Assembly (NCBI GenBank): GCA_027923505.1
Contig: BROI01000013.1
Span: 682,001 to 746,000, forward strand
Length of the DNA stretch: 64,000 bases
From: Mayamaea pseudoterrestris
Taxonomy: Eukaryota
Direction: 5' to 3'
How positions within the stretch are numbered: position 1 is the stretch's first letter; each line of letters starts with the position of its first letter. Below are positions 45,601 through 59,100 of the stretch, one piece after another. Made by a program: the position numbers and the translations under genes. The notes beneath the pieces are model-generated. The model was given only the letters and a program-made list of their open reading frames with translations. It had not been told where the DNA came from and made no database searches.

Positions 45601-48600
45601 GCAGGATCATGTTCAACAAGGGGTGAAGGCCCAGTAGCTTCTACTTTCTGAGCCTGGTTTGTAAAAGGTTCTTCGACTAAAGGCACCGTATTAGCACGTA
45701 ACGTGACATTTTCAGCAGGCAGTACCGAGTATGGATTCAAATCGTCGTCACTTTCAATCGAGGCTGAGTGGTCGTCATCCTCATCCACCGCGCTACCGTC
45801 GCAGCTGCTGTCACTCGTATGTTGGTCGCTGTCCTTTGTAAAAGCAAATTTTGTGGCCGCCACAGCGTCATTATCCTGATCGCCAAGCAATGGCTTCACT
45901 TCCAGGACGCTCGCATTCTCTTCTGAACAACTGCTACTGTCACTGCCACTTTCGTCATCGCTGCTACTTTCCTGTTCATCACTCAATCCATCACTACTGA
46001 CTTCCGCTGAACGGCCTTTCTCCACGACAAGTCCACTGTGCCAATCATGAGCTGCCTCTTTTGCGCCTGCTATTGCGTTTGAGTCAGTCTTTGGCTTTTC
46101 CTTCGCGGCAAAGCGGGCGAGTAGAGCCATGGCATACTCTTGCTCTGCCGTATGACCCACGTCGTGCGAAGAGCTTTCGGTTTCCGAGTCGTTTCCACTG
46201 TCGTACGACTCACTGTTTTCCATAATCCCTTGGAAAACGTCATGTGATGCGGATGAGTCAGGAAGAGGTTGACAATCGTCTTCGTGTTAGGAATACAACG
46301 CCGCAGCATGTGCTCGTCGCTTCTTCGTTTTGATCTGCTCATCGTCAGACGATGAACTGTCATCAGTCCCTGAACTACTGCTGCTGCTGCTATCATCCAA
46401 CCACCTTGTAGAGGCTGTCATCGCTTTCGACGGCGGGGCAGCAACTGCGGGGAGAGTTTTGGATTCAGTCGGTGATAATGCGGATGTATCTTCCTCCTCC
46501 TCCGTTGAAACTTCACATTCACTAGCAGCATTTTGCGGTGAATATTTGTGATGTGGTAAATCAATTTCAGTACTTCCGACTGCATTTAACGGACTAGCTG
46601 GCGATGGATCGACGGCAGCGTGGTATATATGACCAGGATCCGTCGTCACCGTCGGCCATCGCTTTGCTGGCTGGTCATTTTCGTCTTTTCCACTATTTGC
46701 AAAATCGGCAAAGTCGCTTCGATTGCTATTGATTGTTGGCTCGGTGGCCTTTGCTGGCGGTTTCCATCGTTTCGGTTCATCCATGGCAAAATCAGACATG
46801 GAGTTTGGTCGAACAGACGAGGCTGCGCTTGACGGTTCCACCTTTGGTGGCGGTTTCCATCGCTTTGCTGTTTCCTGCCCAAACGCAGCAAACTCGGAAT
46901 GACGATTCGTGTTTGTAGTCGTTGTTGGTTCTGGTTGTTGCTGCTGTTTCGCTGGAGGCTTCCAGCGCTTGGGCTCCTCCATGGCAAAATCCGACATGGA
47001 GTTTGGTCGCGCATGGACAGGAGGCGCTGCTGCTGGAGGCGGCGGTTTCCATCGCTTCGGCTCGTCTTGGTCAAAGTCGGACACGAGTGGTTTGTGCAGT
47101 GATGGTGCTTGTGATTGGCTAGACTCTGGTTGTTCCGACTGCGAATAATACTCTGACGCGCCACGAGAAACTTCCGAAGCTGAATGACCCGATGCCGATA
47201 GCGACGCATTAGACTCATCCAGTGGAGTTCGACTAGGCAGCGTCGATTGACTTTGCCTGGCGCCACTACGCAAACTGACGGCAGATTGTTGTTGATTGAT
47301 TTTCGTTTTCGATGAAACTGCATTCGTTGCGGCTGCCAATTGTGGATTTATCGCCTGCATTTGCATCGCCAGCAATGCGGCGCGCTCTTGCATGGAGGGC
47401 GTTCGGTCGGGCGGCGGAGGCCGCAGTTGCAGCTTGAGACTTGCAAAGGTGCCTGCTGCTGCGATACGCTCACTGCGTGCTGCTGCTGGTTTTGTTCCAG
47501 ACGACGATTGTCCTTGTCCTTGTCGTCGACGAGGACTATTCGTCTTTGGACTATGATTATTATGAACGACGCTTCGCGCTGATCCAGGCGACCGTTTGCC
47601 CCTTGGCGACCGCTTATTGGAGCTGCCAACGACGCGGCGTTTGGAAGAACTTGGCGACGGACTGCTTGCGACAGGCGCTGCTCGATTGCCGCCACTCACA
47701 GTAGCCTTTTGCGTCTTTGGACTCCTTTTCGTACTTCCTTCATCGACTCCTCCATGAGCTGCAGCTGCACTTGTTCCATTAACTCGTCCATGAGTTGCTG
47801 CTATGGTAGATGGTTGATGCGATGTGGATTGTTGCGTCGACACTGCGCCTACATTTACATTTGCAACATCACCACTTCCGTCAGCCTTTTCGTAGTGCAA
47901 TCGCTTGGCCAGCAACTGGCTCCGCTCCACAATGGACATGGTTTTTGGAAATGTCAAGGTGGCATTGGAATTGACTGATTTAGTGGATGATTTTGATTGA
48001 TGATGTTCCTGCTGGAACGCTGCCGCTGGTGCGTTGATTGCATGCGCATTACTGCTTGTCTTCTTGCCGACGAAATCATCAATCGTCTTGCGGTTCGATC
48101 GGTTCGACGCCAGTGGCGTTTCCGCCAATGGATGGGACTGCTTTTTACCTGGTGTCACTGATGATGCTCCTTGTGTATCTGCTGCTGTTGTTGCTTGCTT
48201 GGTTGCTGCATTCGCCTTTGTTCTTGATCCCACTGTCTTTTTCGATTTCGCTGTCGTTTGCTGCTGCTTTGCCGCGTTCAACTTCGCCTGGATTTCCAAA
48301 ATTTCCTTTTGCAGTTTCAGCGCTTCCAGTTTCCTCTTCAAGTCTTCCATGGCGTTGGATTTCGGAGGCGCTGACTGCAATGGCGGAGGTGCGGCAGTAG
48401 TCGGTCGATGACTGTTGATTGCTGTCGCACTTGCGGATCGATCCGTTACTGCCGTCTGCTGCTGCGTCGACAAGTTGCCACTGCTCACGGTCATTTCCTC
48501 CTCGTAGTCATATGCATCCACTGCATCGTCATTCGCAGATTCGTAGGTGGCCTCCGTGTACGAGTAATCCTCGTCGTCGTACATGGCGTCGTCGTCCTCG

Positions 48601-48674
48601 AGTACTATTTCCTCCTCGTAGACTTCGTCACTCACTTCGTCGAAAGATGATGCTGCTGGAATGGAGGACTGCAT
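42615..48674 (-). CDS. Large disordered protein (~2,020 codons) interrupted by one in-frame TAA at 46289-46287; LisH-like and RVxF-like motifs
   Basis: ORFs 48674-46287 and 46223-42615 are in the same frame, separated by TAA plus 21 open codons. KRWKPP repeats, LisH-like LAVLSYLKHMQLDKTAARFQKE and C-terminal RTVSFD...LFYDRDDIKRFK. Confidence 0.65.
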
Positions 48675-49294
48675 CTTGAATAATATTGTATGCTAATGCA
48701 TGGACATGATAGAGACGACTTGATCTGCGAAAATGGCTGTCGGCACAGTGTTTGGCGTTGGAATGTTGGAATCGATTGATCCAGATGCCTCCGCGAATGT
48801 TTCGTTCACGAGTGAAACGTCAAGGTTATTATTGCCTCCAGCTGTTGGTCGTTCTCAAGGCAATAGTAAATTTGTCGACTTTCAAACTCTAAAATGACTA
48901 ATGATTGACACGACTGATTCGAAAAAGTCGGTCACAATAATGGACAACACGACAAGTATGATACGTGATAGAATCATCGTAATTAACAACCCGCAATGCC
49001 TATAACGCAATGTAGTGATGGTTCGAGCACAATAACTGCCACATTCAGTTACAAGCTGCATGGTTGATGAGATTTCTCATGGATGACAATTGAGTACCGG
49101 TAGGTCAATGTGTGGACACGATGCTTGAGCGACGATAGACGCGATTCGAAATTGGTGCGAAGCGGTGGAACGCACAAAGTCGGAGTTGTTGCTGGCTAAA
49201 CTCTTGCTTGTATGCTTCACCATTTTTAAATCAAACAAGCTCTACATCAGGATACTTATAGAGCAATTGATACGTTCTGATCGACGAAAAGAAG

Positions 49295-50862
49295 ATGAGT
49301 GTTTCAAATGACGCGGCGGGATTCCAGCAATTTGTTGATAACAAGATGGCGTATGCTCACATGGTCAAACTACATATTGACAAGGAATTCATTAACCGAA
49401 TGCTGTTACTAGCGAGCAATGATGCTGCGAAAGTATTGGAGTCTATTCCCAAAGACGAAATCGCTCATGTTAGCTACGACGAGGGGGGTTTGCCCGTGCT
49501 ATATGCAAATACTCACGAAGCTCGACAGCATTTTCATCAGCTTTGCTGCTTCCTTCAGTCGTTGCCAAACGTGAGCGACGCCTGCTTGCTACTGCAAGAT
49601 CATGTTGGCACGCGATTGGGCGACATAGCCCGCAGTATGCCTCACCTTACCAGCATGACAATTTTGCCGCGCTTATGTCAAGGCGAAAATGTGTCCGACC
49701 TGGCTGTGGGGCTCCGTCACCATTCGTCGATTCATTCGATAGATATTCAGATCCAACCGGGCTTTTATCATGCTCTACTCCCGGCTTTAGAAACACTTCC
49801 GCAACTCGAATCGCTGACGCTAAATAATCCATATTGCACTATGATATCCATGCTCAACGCTGAAGCCGCAGCACGCCGCGCTGATAATGTCGCTGATTTT
49901 GCACCGCAATTAAACCCGCAAGCGTTCCACGAGTTTGAGCAATTGGCTGCTCAAGTGCCAAATGACAACGACGAGCAAGGATTGGAGGAATTCGATCCCG
50001 AAAACATGACAGCTATCAACTCGCTAGCGGTGGCGCAAGTTTTACAAACCTCCTCCCTTCGCGTAACTGTTTGCGTGGTCTAGATTTTTCGTCTCATGAG
50101 TCGCAACAGCACCTTTGTACCGGCATTCGCAACGCTCGCTACACGGAGTTTAGTATGCATGAGTGTCGCTTATGCGACGCAAACTCGTTGGCAAGTGCAT
50201 TGGCCAGTCTGCAGGAAGTTAAGACGCTCAGACTTTGGATACTTCGATTTACAGACGACGCCCTGGCATCAATATTTTACAATGCTCTTGCAGTCGATCT
50301 TACGCGGCTCAATCAATTGAAATTTTTGGATTGTGGCCCATTCGACCCTGGGCACGTATCATCCATTGAGGAAGAACTATCGATGGCGGCTCTTGCTCAC
50401 GCAATAGCTTCGTGCCCTCGTATGACGGGCATGGCGTTTAGCTTAACCTCATATCCTGGTAGTATGGATGAAGCTTTGGCAACGTGCGTAAGGCGAAAAC
50501 CGGAGCTAAATCATATTTACGTTGGATGCCCGGAACTCCCTGAAAATCAGCAGCCTTATGAATCTCCACTTTTACTGCAGGCCCTGAAAGCCCACTATAC
50601 AATTGAAAGTGTTAAGTTGACGCATCCCCATGGGCTTCCACCGCCAAGGGATTCATGGGACGCGTCGTTGAAAGAGAATATTGCAATACTGCTCCGTCTC
50701 AATGCGTTTGGTCGGAAATATCTAGCAAATGACCCGACTGATCGCAACATCGGACTTTCTGTTCTCGAAAAAGCGAAGGATGATATGGATTGTCTCTTTG
50801 TTCACATGCGCGAAAACCCGCTGATCTGCAAGCGGGAGCATCCTGTTAACACGACACCATGA
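49295..50862 (+). pseudogene. Diatom RNI-like/LRR-like family gene with a 1-nt frameshift at ~50065-50070
   Basis: LxxLxL repeats in both ORFs and family-like C-terminus LLRLNAFGRKYL...DCLFVHMRENP. The ORFs join as SLRV(T)x-LRGLDF if one base is restored. No intron signals at the junction. Confidence 0.65.
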
Positions 50863-50967
50863 AGAGTGGTGTTGACGATGATCGAGTTGCTGTCTGGTTG
50901 TACACAATACTCATGAATGACAAACAAATACGTAGATATGTGCTTTAGCTGTCGTCTTTTTATTGCT

Positions 50968-52678
50968 CTACTCCTCATACTTGTCAAAGACCAAGGCGCA
51001 GTTTGTGCCACCGAATCCAAAGCTGTTGGACATGGCTCGAGTGAATGCGCCATCCTTTCGCTTCGTTAGTATATTCATGCCTTCAGCTTCGTCGACTAGC
51101 TCGTTGATGTTTGCTGACTCGGCCATGAAGCCGTTCTCCATCATTAATGCTGTGTAAATGGCTTCATGCACACCAGCAGCCCCCAGGGCGTGTCCCGATA
51201 GCGATTTTGTTGATCCAACGTTTGGTTGATAGCCCTTTCGCTCGAACAGTCGCTTAATGGCACCAAGCTCCATGACATCGCCGACTGGTGTACTTGTTCC
51301 ATGTGTGTTAATGTACTCGACTGGCTTGTCGCCATTGTTGTCGATGGCATTCTGCATGGCAAGTTCCATGCACCGCTCTCCGCCAACACCAGACGGCGCC
51401 ACCATGTCGTAACCGTCAGAGTTGGCAGCGTATCCAACTAGTTCGGCGTAAATTTTGGCGCCTCGTGCCTTGGCATGTTCCAGTTCCTCAAGCACCATGA
51501 TACCACCTCCTCCAGCAATGACGAATCCGTCGCGCGTCTTGTCAAAGGCTCGGGATGCCGTGGTTGGCGATTCATTGTACGAAGTGCTCAACGCACCCAT
51601 GCAGTCAAACATACTTGTGAATTCCCAGTTGACATTTTCCCCTGTTGTAGTACACAGCAAAAGTGAGCAACAAAATGGAAGGAAAAGAATGCGCCAAACT
51701 CGTCGTTAACATGTGCACGTACCAGCTCCACAAAAGGCAATATCCGACTTGTTCAATTGAATCTGCTCAAATCCCGTTCCAATGCAGTGCGCTCCCGTCG
51801 AGCACGCGCTACTAATACTAAAGCTCGGTCCCTGCACCTTGAACGCCGTCGCCAGGACGGCGCTGCAGGTGGATCCCATGCTTCTCGTCACTCGAAACGG
51901 TCCCACCTTGTTCTTCCACCGCTTGTTTCCCGATTGCACCGCCTCCACCGTTTCCACAATGTCCGGAATACTAGTGCCACCCTGTCCAATAATGGCGGCG
52001 ACGCGTGGATTCTCCTGGTACTGCTCCGGCGTGAGTTGCGAGTGTTCGACTGCCCGCTGCATGGCCACGTAGGCGTACTTGGCGTTGGTGCCCATGAAGC
52101 GCAAGTCCGACTTTGGAATGAGTTGTTTAAAGTCGTCGTCGTTCAAACTGGGAATGCCGCACACTTGCGACTTGATGCCGAGTTCGGCAAACTTGTCGTT
52201 GAAAGTAATACCAGCCTTGGCTTCGTATAGCGAGTCCTTGACATCGTCAAGTGTGTTTCCGAGGCACGAGACAATGCCCATGCCAGTCACGACGACTCGT
52301 CGTAGACCGGAAACGGCGTGGAGCGAGGTTGAGGTGAAGCGTAATGCAGCTTGTTCCAATGGGGCTGAAAATGAGGAAAGGAAAGAATACAATGTGAGTA
52401 AAACTACATGGATTTGACACTTGCATAGATGCATTGCATTCCGACCATGGCAGCAAATGAGCGACTGCAGCAGAGACTTTTTAAACGTTGCTTCTCGATT
52501 CGACGCTGCTGCTGTCGTCGTCGCTTTTGCATATTCTCGCGCAGCTTGTTGCACTCCAACTTTTATTTATATAAAAGCGATGCCTCAACGCACCTTTTTT
52601 AAATCCAAGCGTGGCTGGAGCAAAGGCCAATGTTTCGACGGATAGCAGTAAAGCGTAGAGGGTAATGGATTTCATCAT
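50968..52678 (-). CDS. fabB: Plastid 3-oxoacyl-ACP synthase I (KAS I, proteobacterial FabB-like)
   Basis: Signal peptide ending [22 protein letters not shown] (Cys), NTHGTST and GHALG (His/His), [10 protein letters not shown]. Introns 52593-52365 and 51722-51642. Confidence 0.93.
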
Positions 52679-52894
52679 GATAATTGTTCGAATGGTTGCA
52701 GAGTGACGAGTAAAGAGAATTGTCGTCAATGATCAAGACTTTAGTAGCAGCAGCAAGCTTTATCAATAATCCAAGTAGCAAGTGGACGACTATGTATTGT
52801 ATTTGTAATGCACGTCGACGAGAGGGAGATGATGTCGATCAATCCGTCGCGAAAGATCATCACGAGGCGGCGCGGTGGAAGGTGTATCTTATAG

Positions 52895-52906
52895 TGACGT
52901 ACGTCA
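52895..52906. promoter_or_regulatory. Palindromic double TGACGT (bZIP/aureochrome-type) site in the fabB-fabH shared promoter
   Basis: Perfect 12-bp palindrome TGACGTACGTCA, 217 nt upstream of the fabB ATG. Confidence 0.4.
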
Positions 52907-53309
52907 GTCACGAATGTTTGTGGATCATGTTTGATGTCATAGGTCACGAGTAATTAATCATGAGTGCGCGGAAGAGTAGATTTACGCTCAATCTCAATGA
53001 CTTTTCACTCCCAATGCGTTTCTGGCGCGCCCGACCGCGCCGATGCCTTCGATCCTTTTTGCGAGTGGCAACATCATCGGCTCCATGCGTCTTGCTTGAT
53101 CAAACAAGCGACGACGACGTCCTCTATCATACGCGTCTGTAAACGAAGCAAGCGTTTTACTGCAGAGAAGCTGCTTGGAACAAAGGCGCTTCAACAGACC
53201 CATTTGGATTCATTTTCACTGCAGAAAGTCACTGCTGCTGCTTGCTCCTTCGACTGTCAAACAGACAGAAATCACTCGCTATCCGCATCACTATCTTATC
53301 CTAAATATC

Positions 53310-54522
53310 ATGCTGCGACTATCAGTCGCCATTCTTGCATTAATTGCCATGCTACCAAACGCTAGTGCCTTTGCTCCAAGCAACAGTCGAAAAGCCTTTG
53401 TCGCTGGGTCATTCACTGCGAAAGCATCATCACCAACTCGTTTACATTCCGCCATGAGCTGTCGCCCGATTGGCATTGGCAGCGCGACACCAGCCACCGT
53501 GCTCACCAACCGCGACTTGGAAGCCGTCGTGGAAACGTCGGACGACTGGATCCAGTCGCGGACCGGCATATCGCAGCGACATGTACTGGTGGAGGGTGAG
53601 TCGCTGCGAGCGCTGTCCGTGACAGCGGCGCGGCAGGCACTGACTATGGCTGGCGTCGACGCTTCCGACATTGATTTTGTCATTTGCGCCTCGAGCAGTC
53701 CGGAGGACTTGTTCGGCGACGCCACGAGCGTGGCACATACGATTGGATGCACCACCAAGACGGTGGCCTTTGACTTGGTGGCGGCCTGCAGTGGATTCTT
53801 GTTTGCGTTGGTGACGGCGGGCAAGTTTCTGCAGGGAACGAACAAAAAGGCGTTGGTGATTGGAGCGGATGCACTGAGTCGGTGGGTGGATTGGGATGAT
53901 CGCAACGTTTGCATTCTCTTTGGGGATGGTGCCGCGGCCATGGTGGTGGAAGGGTCGGATCAGTCGGGTATATTGGGATATGCAATGCATAGTAACGGAG
54001 GTGGATGGGGTGAATTGAATACGTCGTAAGTGCTATAATGACTTTTGTATGGATTTTTGTATCGACGCAGTACAATTTTGACTGACCATCAACACTTTTC
54101 GCAGTTACAAGGGCGAAGCCCGCGTCGTGGACACACCAACACCCACGACACTCACGACTGGCTCCTACAACAAAATGGCCATGAACGGCAAGGAAGTGTA
54201 CAAGTTTGCCACGCGCGAAGTCCCCAAGGTGCTGCAGGAGGCACTCGACGACGCGGAAATGACGGTCGATCAGGTCGACTGGCTACTGCTCCATCAAGCA
54301 AACATTCGCATCATGGAAGTAGTGGCGCAACGACTGGGCATTCCCATGGAAAAAGTCATTACCAACCTGAGCAAGTATGGAAATACGAGTGCAGCTAGTA
54401 TTCCACTGGCGCTCGATGAAGCGGTGCGGTCTGGAAAGGTCAAGCCTGGTGATGTCATTGCATGCTCTGGGTTTGGAGCAGGTTTGAGTTGGGGCGCAGC
54501 AATCATTAAATGGGGCGCTTAA
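53310..54522 (+). CDS. fabH: Plastid 3-oxoacyl-ACP synthase III (KAS III)
   Basis: Signal peptide with [25 protein letters not shown] (Cys), LFGDGA, HQANIRI (His), YGNTSAAS (Asn), GFGAGLSWG. Intron 54026-54104. Confidence 0.96.
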
Positions 54523-54751
54523 ACTTGTAATGGCCATGCTACTACTTTTTGATTCGTAAATTAACTCTTACTCTTTGTAGTTACCTAGCGTTAACCAATA
54601 CCGGTACTATTCCTAGCGTTCTGCATCGAGGTTAAAGCGCTCATGAAAAGACATCTCTCGTATACCGCGGACAAAATGGCTTGATACGCGTTCGTCACTT
54701 CAGCGAGTCGCGCGCAGCGCAGTTTTGCGCAAAAATCTGTCGACAACCATC

Positions 54752-55880
54752 ATGGACATGATGACTACTCCTAGCACAAGCCCTCTGCCAACTCAGCCCT
54801 CCCTACACCAAGATGCCTTGTCTTTTGCTATTTATGATGATTATGATAATGATATTGACGATGATTCGCGCACCAAGGCGCATTCGTGCAGTACCGGCGC
54901 CGCCACGGTGCAAACCTTCAAGGTATGCTCAAAACCACTGACTCTCGCACTATCTTGATCGCATCGTATCGATGACGCGCACAGATTGTTTTCTTACGTT
55001 TTCACTTGGGTCCGCGGGATCTTTTTCCGCTGACAAACTGCGCTAATGATAATGCTCTTCCGTTTCGCATTCTGAATCATTTTAAGCCCATGGATCCTCA
55101 TTTGAGAGAAGCGAGAGGTACGTAGAGTGTAGAGTTTCACAGTCAGTGCGGTCGCGGTGTCATCTGGCAGCAGGCAAGACGCGCCAAAAGGCTTTTCATC
55201 TCTTCTCTCACTGACTCTTGAATTCCAAAACAGATCGCTTGAACCAGGAGCTCGACAAACTGCGCATAGTTACTGCGGCATATGTGGAAAGTATATGGGA
55301 CGAGTATGTTCAAGGCAAGAAAGAGAGTAAAAAGGATGTGGACGTCCTACTCGGCAAAATTAATGAGATTCAACGCGACCCGACACTTTCAACACGAGAG
55401 TGCGAATTTGCCATTGCCAATTTGAAGAATAAACGCCAAAAAATCGATGTCAAAGCTGCGGAAGAACGTTCACTTACCATCAGCACGACGGAGTCAACAT
55501 ACAAACACTGCAAAATCATTTCTTTACCAGGTTTCCATAGCCGTTTGCTTGATGAAGTGGACACATTGGTGGAAGCGAAACAGTGGGAGGCCTTTAAGAA
55601 ACATCGAACAATACCTGCTGCTGTTGCTGTCGCGACTCCCTCGTCGCTTACGGACGATTCGCGCTTGGTACAGTCAAGTGAAGATGGCAGTAGCGCCGTG
55701 CCTGCAGCTGAGGAACTGGCTGGCGGCACGCAAGTTGATGATGATGATGATGATGATAATTCAGCGGGAAAATTTGTATGTTTCAAAATAGGATGCCACA
55801 TCATGTGAGCGTTCATCATATGGAGGCTCACAGATGTTTACATTACTAAATGAGAGAAGCAAGAGCAGGACGAATCTTAG
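54752..55880 (+). CDS. Hypothetical multi-exon helical protein
   Basis: Consistent spliced model: exons 54752-54922, 55087-55117, 55234-55775 and probably 55860-55880, with GT-AG introns. No recognised domain. Confidence 0.55.
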
Positions 55881-56149
55881 AGAATGCATGTTTTAGTTGC
55901 ATGTCCTTCCAATAGTTTGCATTACACCTTTAGAGTTGTGTAGGCGCAGAGTTTTTTGTTCGCCTTGATCAAACATTCCACTCCATTCTTTCTGCCTCAC
56001 GAGATGCTCAACACTGAAAACTACTAGGGTATGTCACGTTAGCTAACAATAAGTAAAGAAGCGATCATGAAATAATAGTCGGACCGCGACACACATCAGC
56101 GAAACGATCATCCATCCTTTCGCTTGCAAAAACCATTCCTACTGTCACC

Positions 56150-59100
56150 ATGGCGTCTATGGAAAGCAATCATGATAGCGACGAACATGATGATGACTAC
56201 AAGATGGAACGAGAAATCAAGACACCTGGTGCCGATCAACTGCTCAATCTCTTTGTTCCGCCGGCAGCAGGCAGTGCAGCAACGACTCCAACATCTGCTG
56301 CCTGTCATGAATCTGCTGCAAACGTTCCACCACCTCCCACGAACGACGACGACGAGCACGAACTCAAGACGCCGCATGCCAAAAGCAGTCGGCCTCTCGT
56401 GTATAACGAAGTAACAACCATGAGCGATGCGTTTCATGGCAGCAGTAGACTCGACGAACCGCAGCTCTTGCCGCAGCAACGATATCGATCGGCGTCACTC
56501 GCTGTTTCCGACTTGTTTTTGCCGAACAATCATAACAATCAGCAGCAAGACGAGAACACGGCGCTGCTGCGAACGGATCAAGATGCATGCGATGTAAATC
56601 AGTCGGCTGCCGCTGGTCCCTACTCGTCCTATTTAGCAGCGGCCAGCAACGGTTTGGACGATTCCACCTTTTCCGTCGACTTTCCGTGGCAGCAGCAGGA
56701 GTCGTATACTAATAACAACAATGGAAAGCAGCAGCAGCAATACGCAAGTGTCAATCGTGACTCCAACGAAAAGTCGGAAGCCGCATCTTGGTGGCAAGCC
56801 ATTAAAACGATTTTGCAACCGAGCACGTTGGCTGGTTCCGTGAGTAAGTGGACATGCATGTACGAGAAACGGCATTGGATGCGTTCAAGTATTGAAGATG
56901 TATTCTTGTTTTATAACTGCCTACTCTGACATTCTTTCTCCTCATCGCTCTCTCTCTCCATGACAATAGTGTTTGTCCTCTACCACGTGGTCTTTTGTTT
57001 GGCGAACGCCTCCGCCATTATTCGTCCCTCGCACCATGGCGCTGCTGCTCCCATACTGGGAGTCATGGCCAAGTTGTCCACGGTGGGAATACTCGTGGCG
57101 GGTCCGCTGCTGATACATAGATTGGGCAATGGCATTCCGGCGCTCTATCCCAGCATGGACTTGTTTCTGGCACCGTTTTTGGCGCAGGCGGCCATTCACA
57201 TTGACGAGTCACTCACGCAGCAGTATGCTGACGACAATAACAATAGTGAGGAAGCGTACCCGCTGAACGTATTCTTGGGCAGCTTTGTCGTGTTGGTCGC
57301 CATTGGCATGCTTCTCGCCGCCACGCTGCTGCAACTGGCCGCCACGTTCAAACTAGCGAGTCTGGGCACCTATTTGCCGTACAGCGTCCTGTGCGGATTC
57401 TTCTCGGCCGTGGGGGTGTTGCTGTGGGCGCTGGCCTTTAGCGTTGACAATAACGGCTTGACGTGGAAACATGTTTTGTTTTCGGGCAATGTCAAACTGA
57501 TTGGGAATTCCTTGCTGCATCACGTTCCGACGATTGGCATTGGCATTGCCATGCACAAGCTCGGTCCAAAGAATCCATTCTTTGTCATTCTGTTGATTCT
57601 GGTGACACTGATTGGATTCTACGCGGTGCTGTGGGCCACTGGGACGAGTCTGCACGAGGCGCAGGAGCAAGGCTGGTTTTGGTCCAAAAATGAGCTCGTC
57701 TACACACCAACATTTGCGACCAATAGTGCGGGCGTGACGAAGGGTTACTTTACGTTCGATTACGTGCTTTCATTGATTCTTCCTCCAGCGCCGCTTGACA
57801 ATTTTGGATCACTCATTTCTGGCTACGTCAATTTTAAAGCGGTGTACAGTGGACTTGAGAATATGGTGGCCCTGGCTTTTCTGTATCTGCTTCGGTCGTC
57901 AATCCATGCGTCTGCAATGAAGAAGAATGTTGGCAATCTTGTCCGCCGTATTCCAGTTCGAAGAATGAATAATACAGCACCTGGCACATACAATCTGCAC
58001 GACGGCAATAACGAGAGCAACGGAACGTACGCGGCAGCGTCAGAAATGATTGATGAACTGAAAGAGAGTGTCACGATTCTCAACCTGAGCTTGGCTGATC
58101 GGCAAAATATACGGATACAGCCCGGCGGCGCCAATCCAGATGCAAGGAACGGTCTACACCGACCAACTGACGAAGACGAACCAGTTTGTACAGAAGTTCG
58201 ACCGAAAACGCCGCAATTAACGCTAGAAGACATTTTCAAAGAGTACAGCTACGGGCTTTACGTTGTCGCCTTTTGCGGAGCCTTTGGTATCTGTCCTACG
58301 GTCGCGACGAGTACTACCATGTACGCTATTGGTGCCGATGGTCCAGCGCCACAGTACGGATCGATCATACTTCTCTTTGCCGTTTACTGTATCAACTTTA
58401 GTCTGGTACGATTCGTACCCAAGACTGCCTTTTCCGCACTGCTGGTGCTTGGCGCAGTCGACACGCTTGTAGTTTGGTTCATTGGCGCCTTTCGAAAGAC
58501 ACAAGACCTTGCTGAATTTATTGTCGTGCCCATCATTGTCATGTTTTCGCTGTGGATTGGTTTCCTCAAGGCAATTCTTTTGGGCTTTGCCCTTTCCACC
58601 TTTGTGTTTGTGGCAGCCTTTTTTCGTGTCGGAGTTGTCAAGTTTAGTTCTACTGGAATCGAAATCCGATCGAGAATTGAGCGGCCGCTAAATCAGTCCA
58701 TGTGGCTGGACACTCATGGAGACCTTATTCAAGTGCTGGTGCTTCAGAACTATTTGTAAGTGGTTAAACGTGCAAAGATTGTGCTGCACTGCGTCGCATC
58801 TCACAATCATGTATCGCTGTGCTCCAGATTCTTCGGCAATGCAAGTTCTATACTGAATTATATCGCTACAATGTTTGAGGAAGTTGACGAATCAACGCCA
58901 GATCGTTTCGATGTCTGTCTACCGCCGATACCCAAGATCCTACTTATTGACTTGTCGCTCATTACTGGCATGGATACGTCCACTCTCGACATCTTTAAAG
59001 AGATTCGGGCCATGTGTACAGCGCATGACTGTCAACTCTTTCTTTCCGGACTTTCGTCACGAATGCGAGCAGGGCTTGCTTTGGGTGGCGTCGTTCCGGA

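Noticed and set aside
46287..46289. Genetic-code reassignment of TAA
   Set aside because: TAA terminates conserved genes at their expected ends (PSMA3, fabH).
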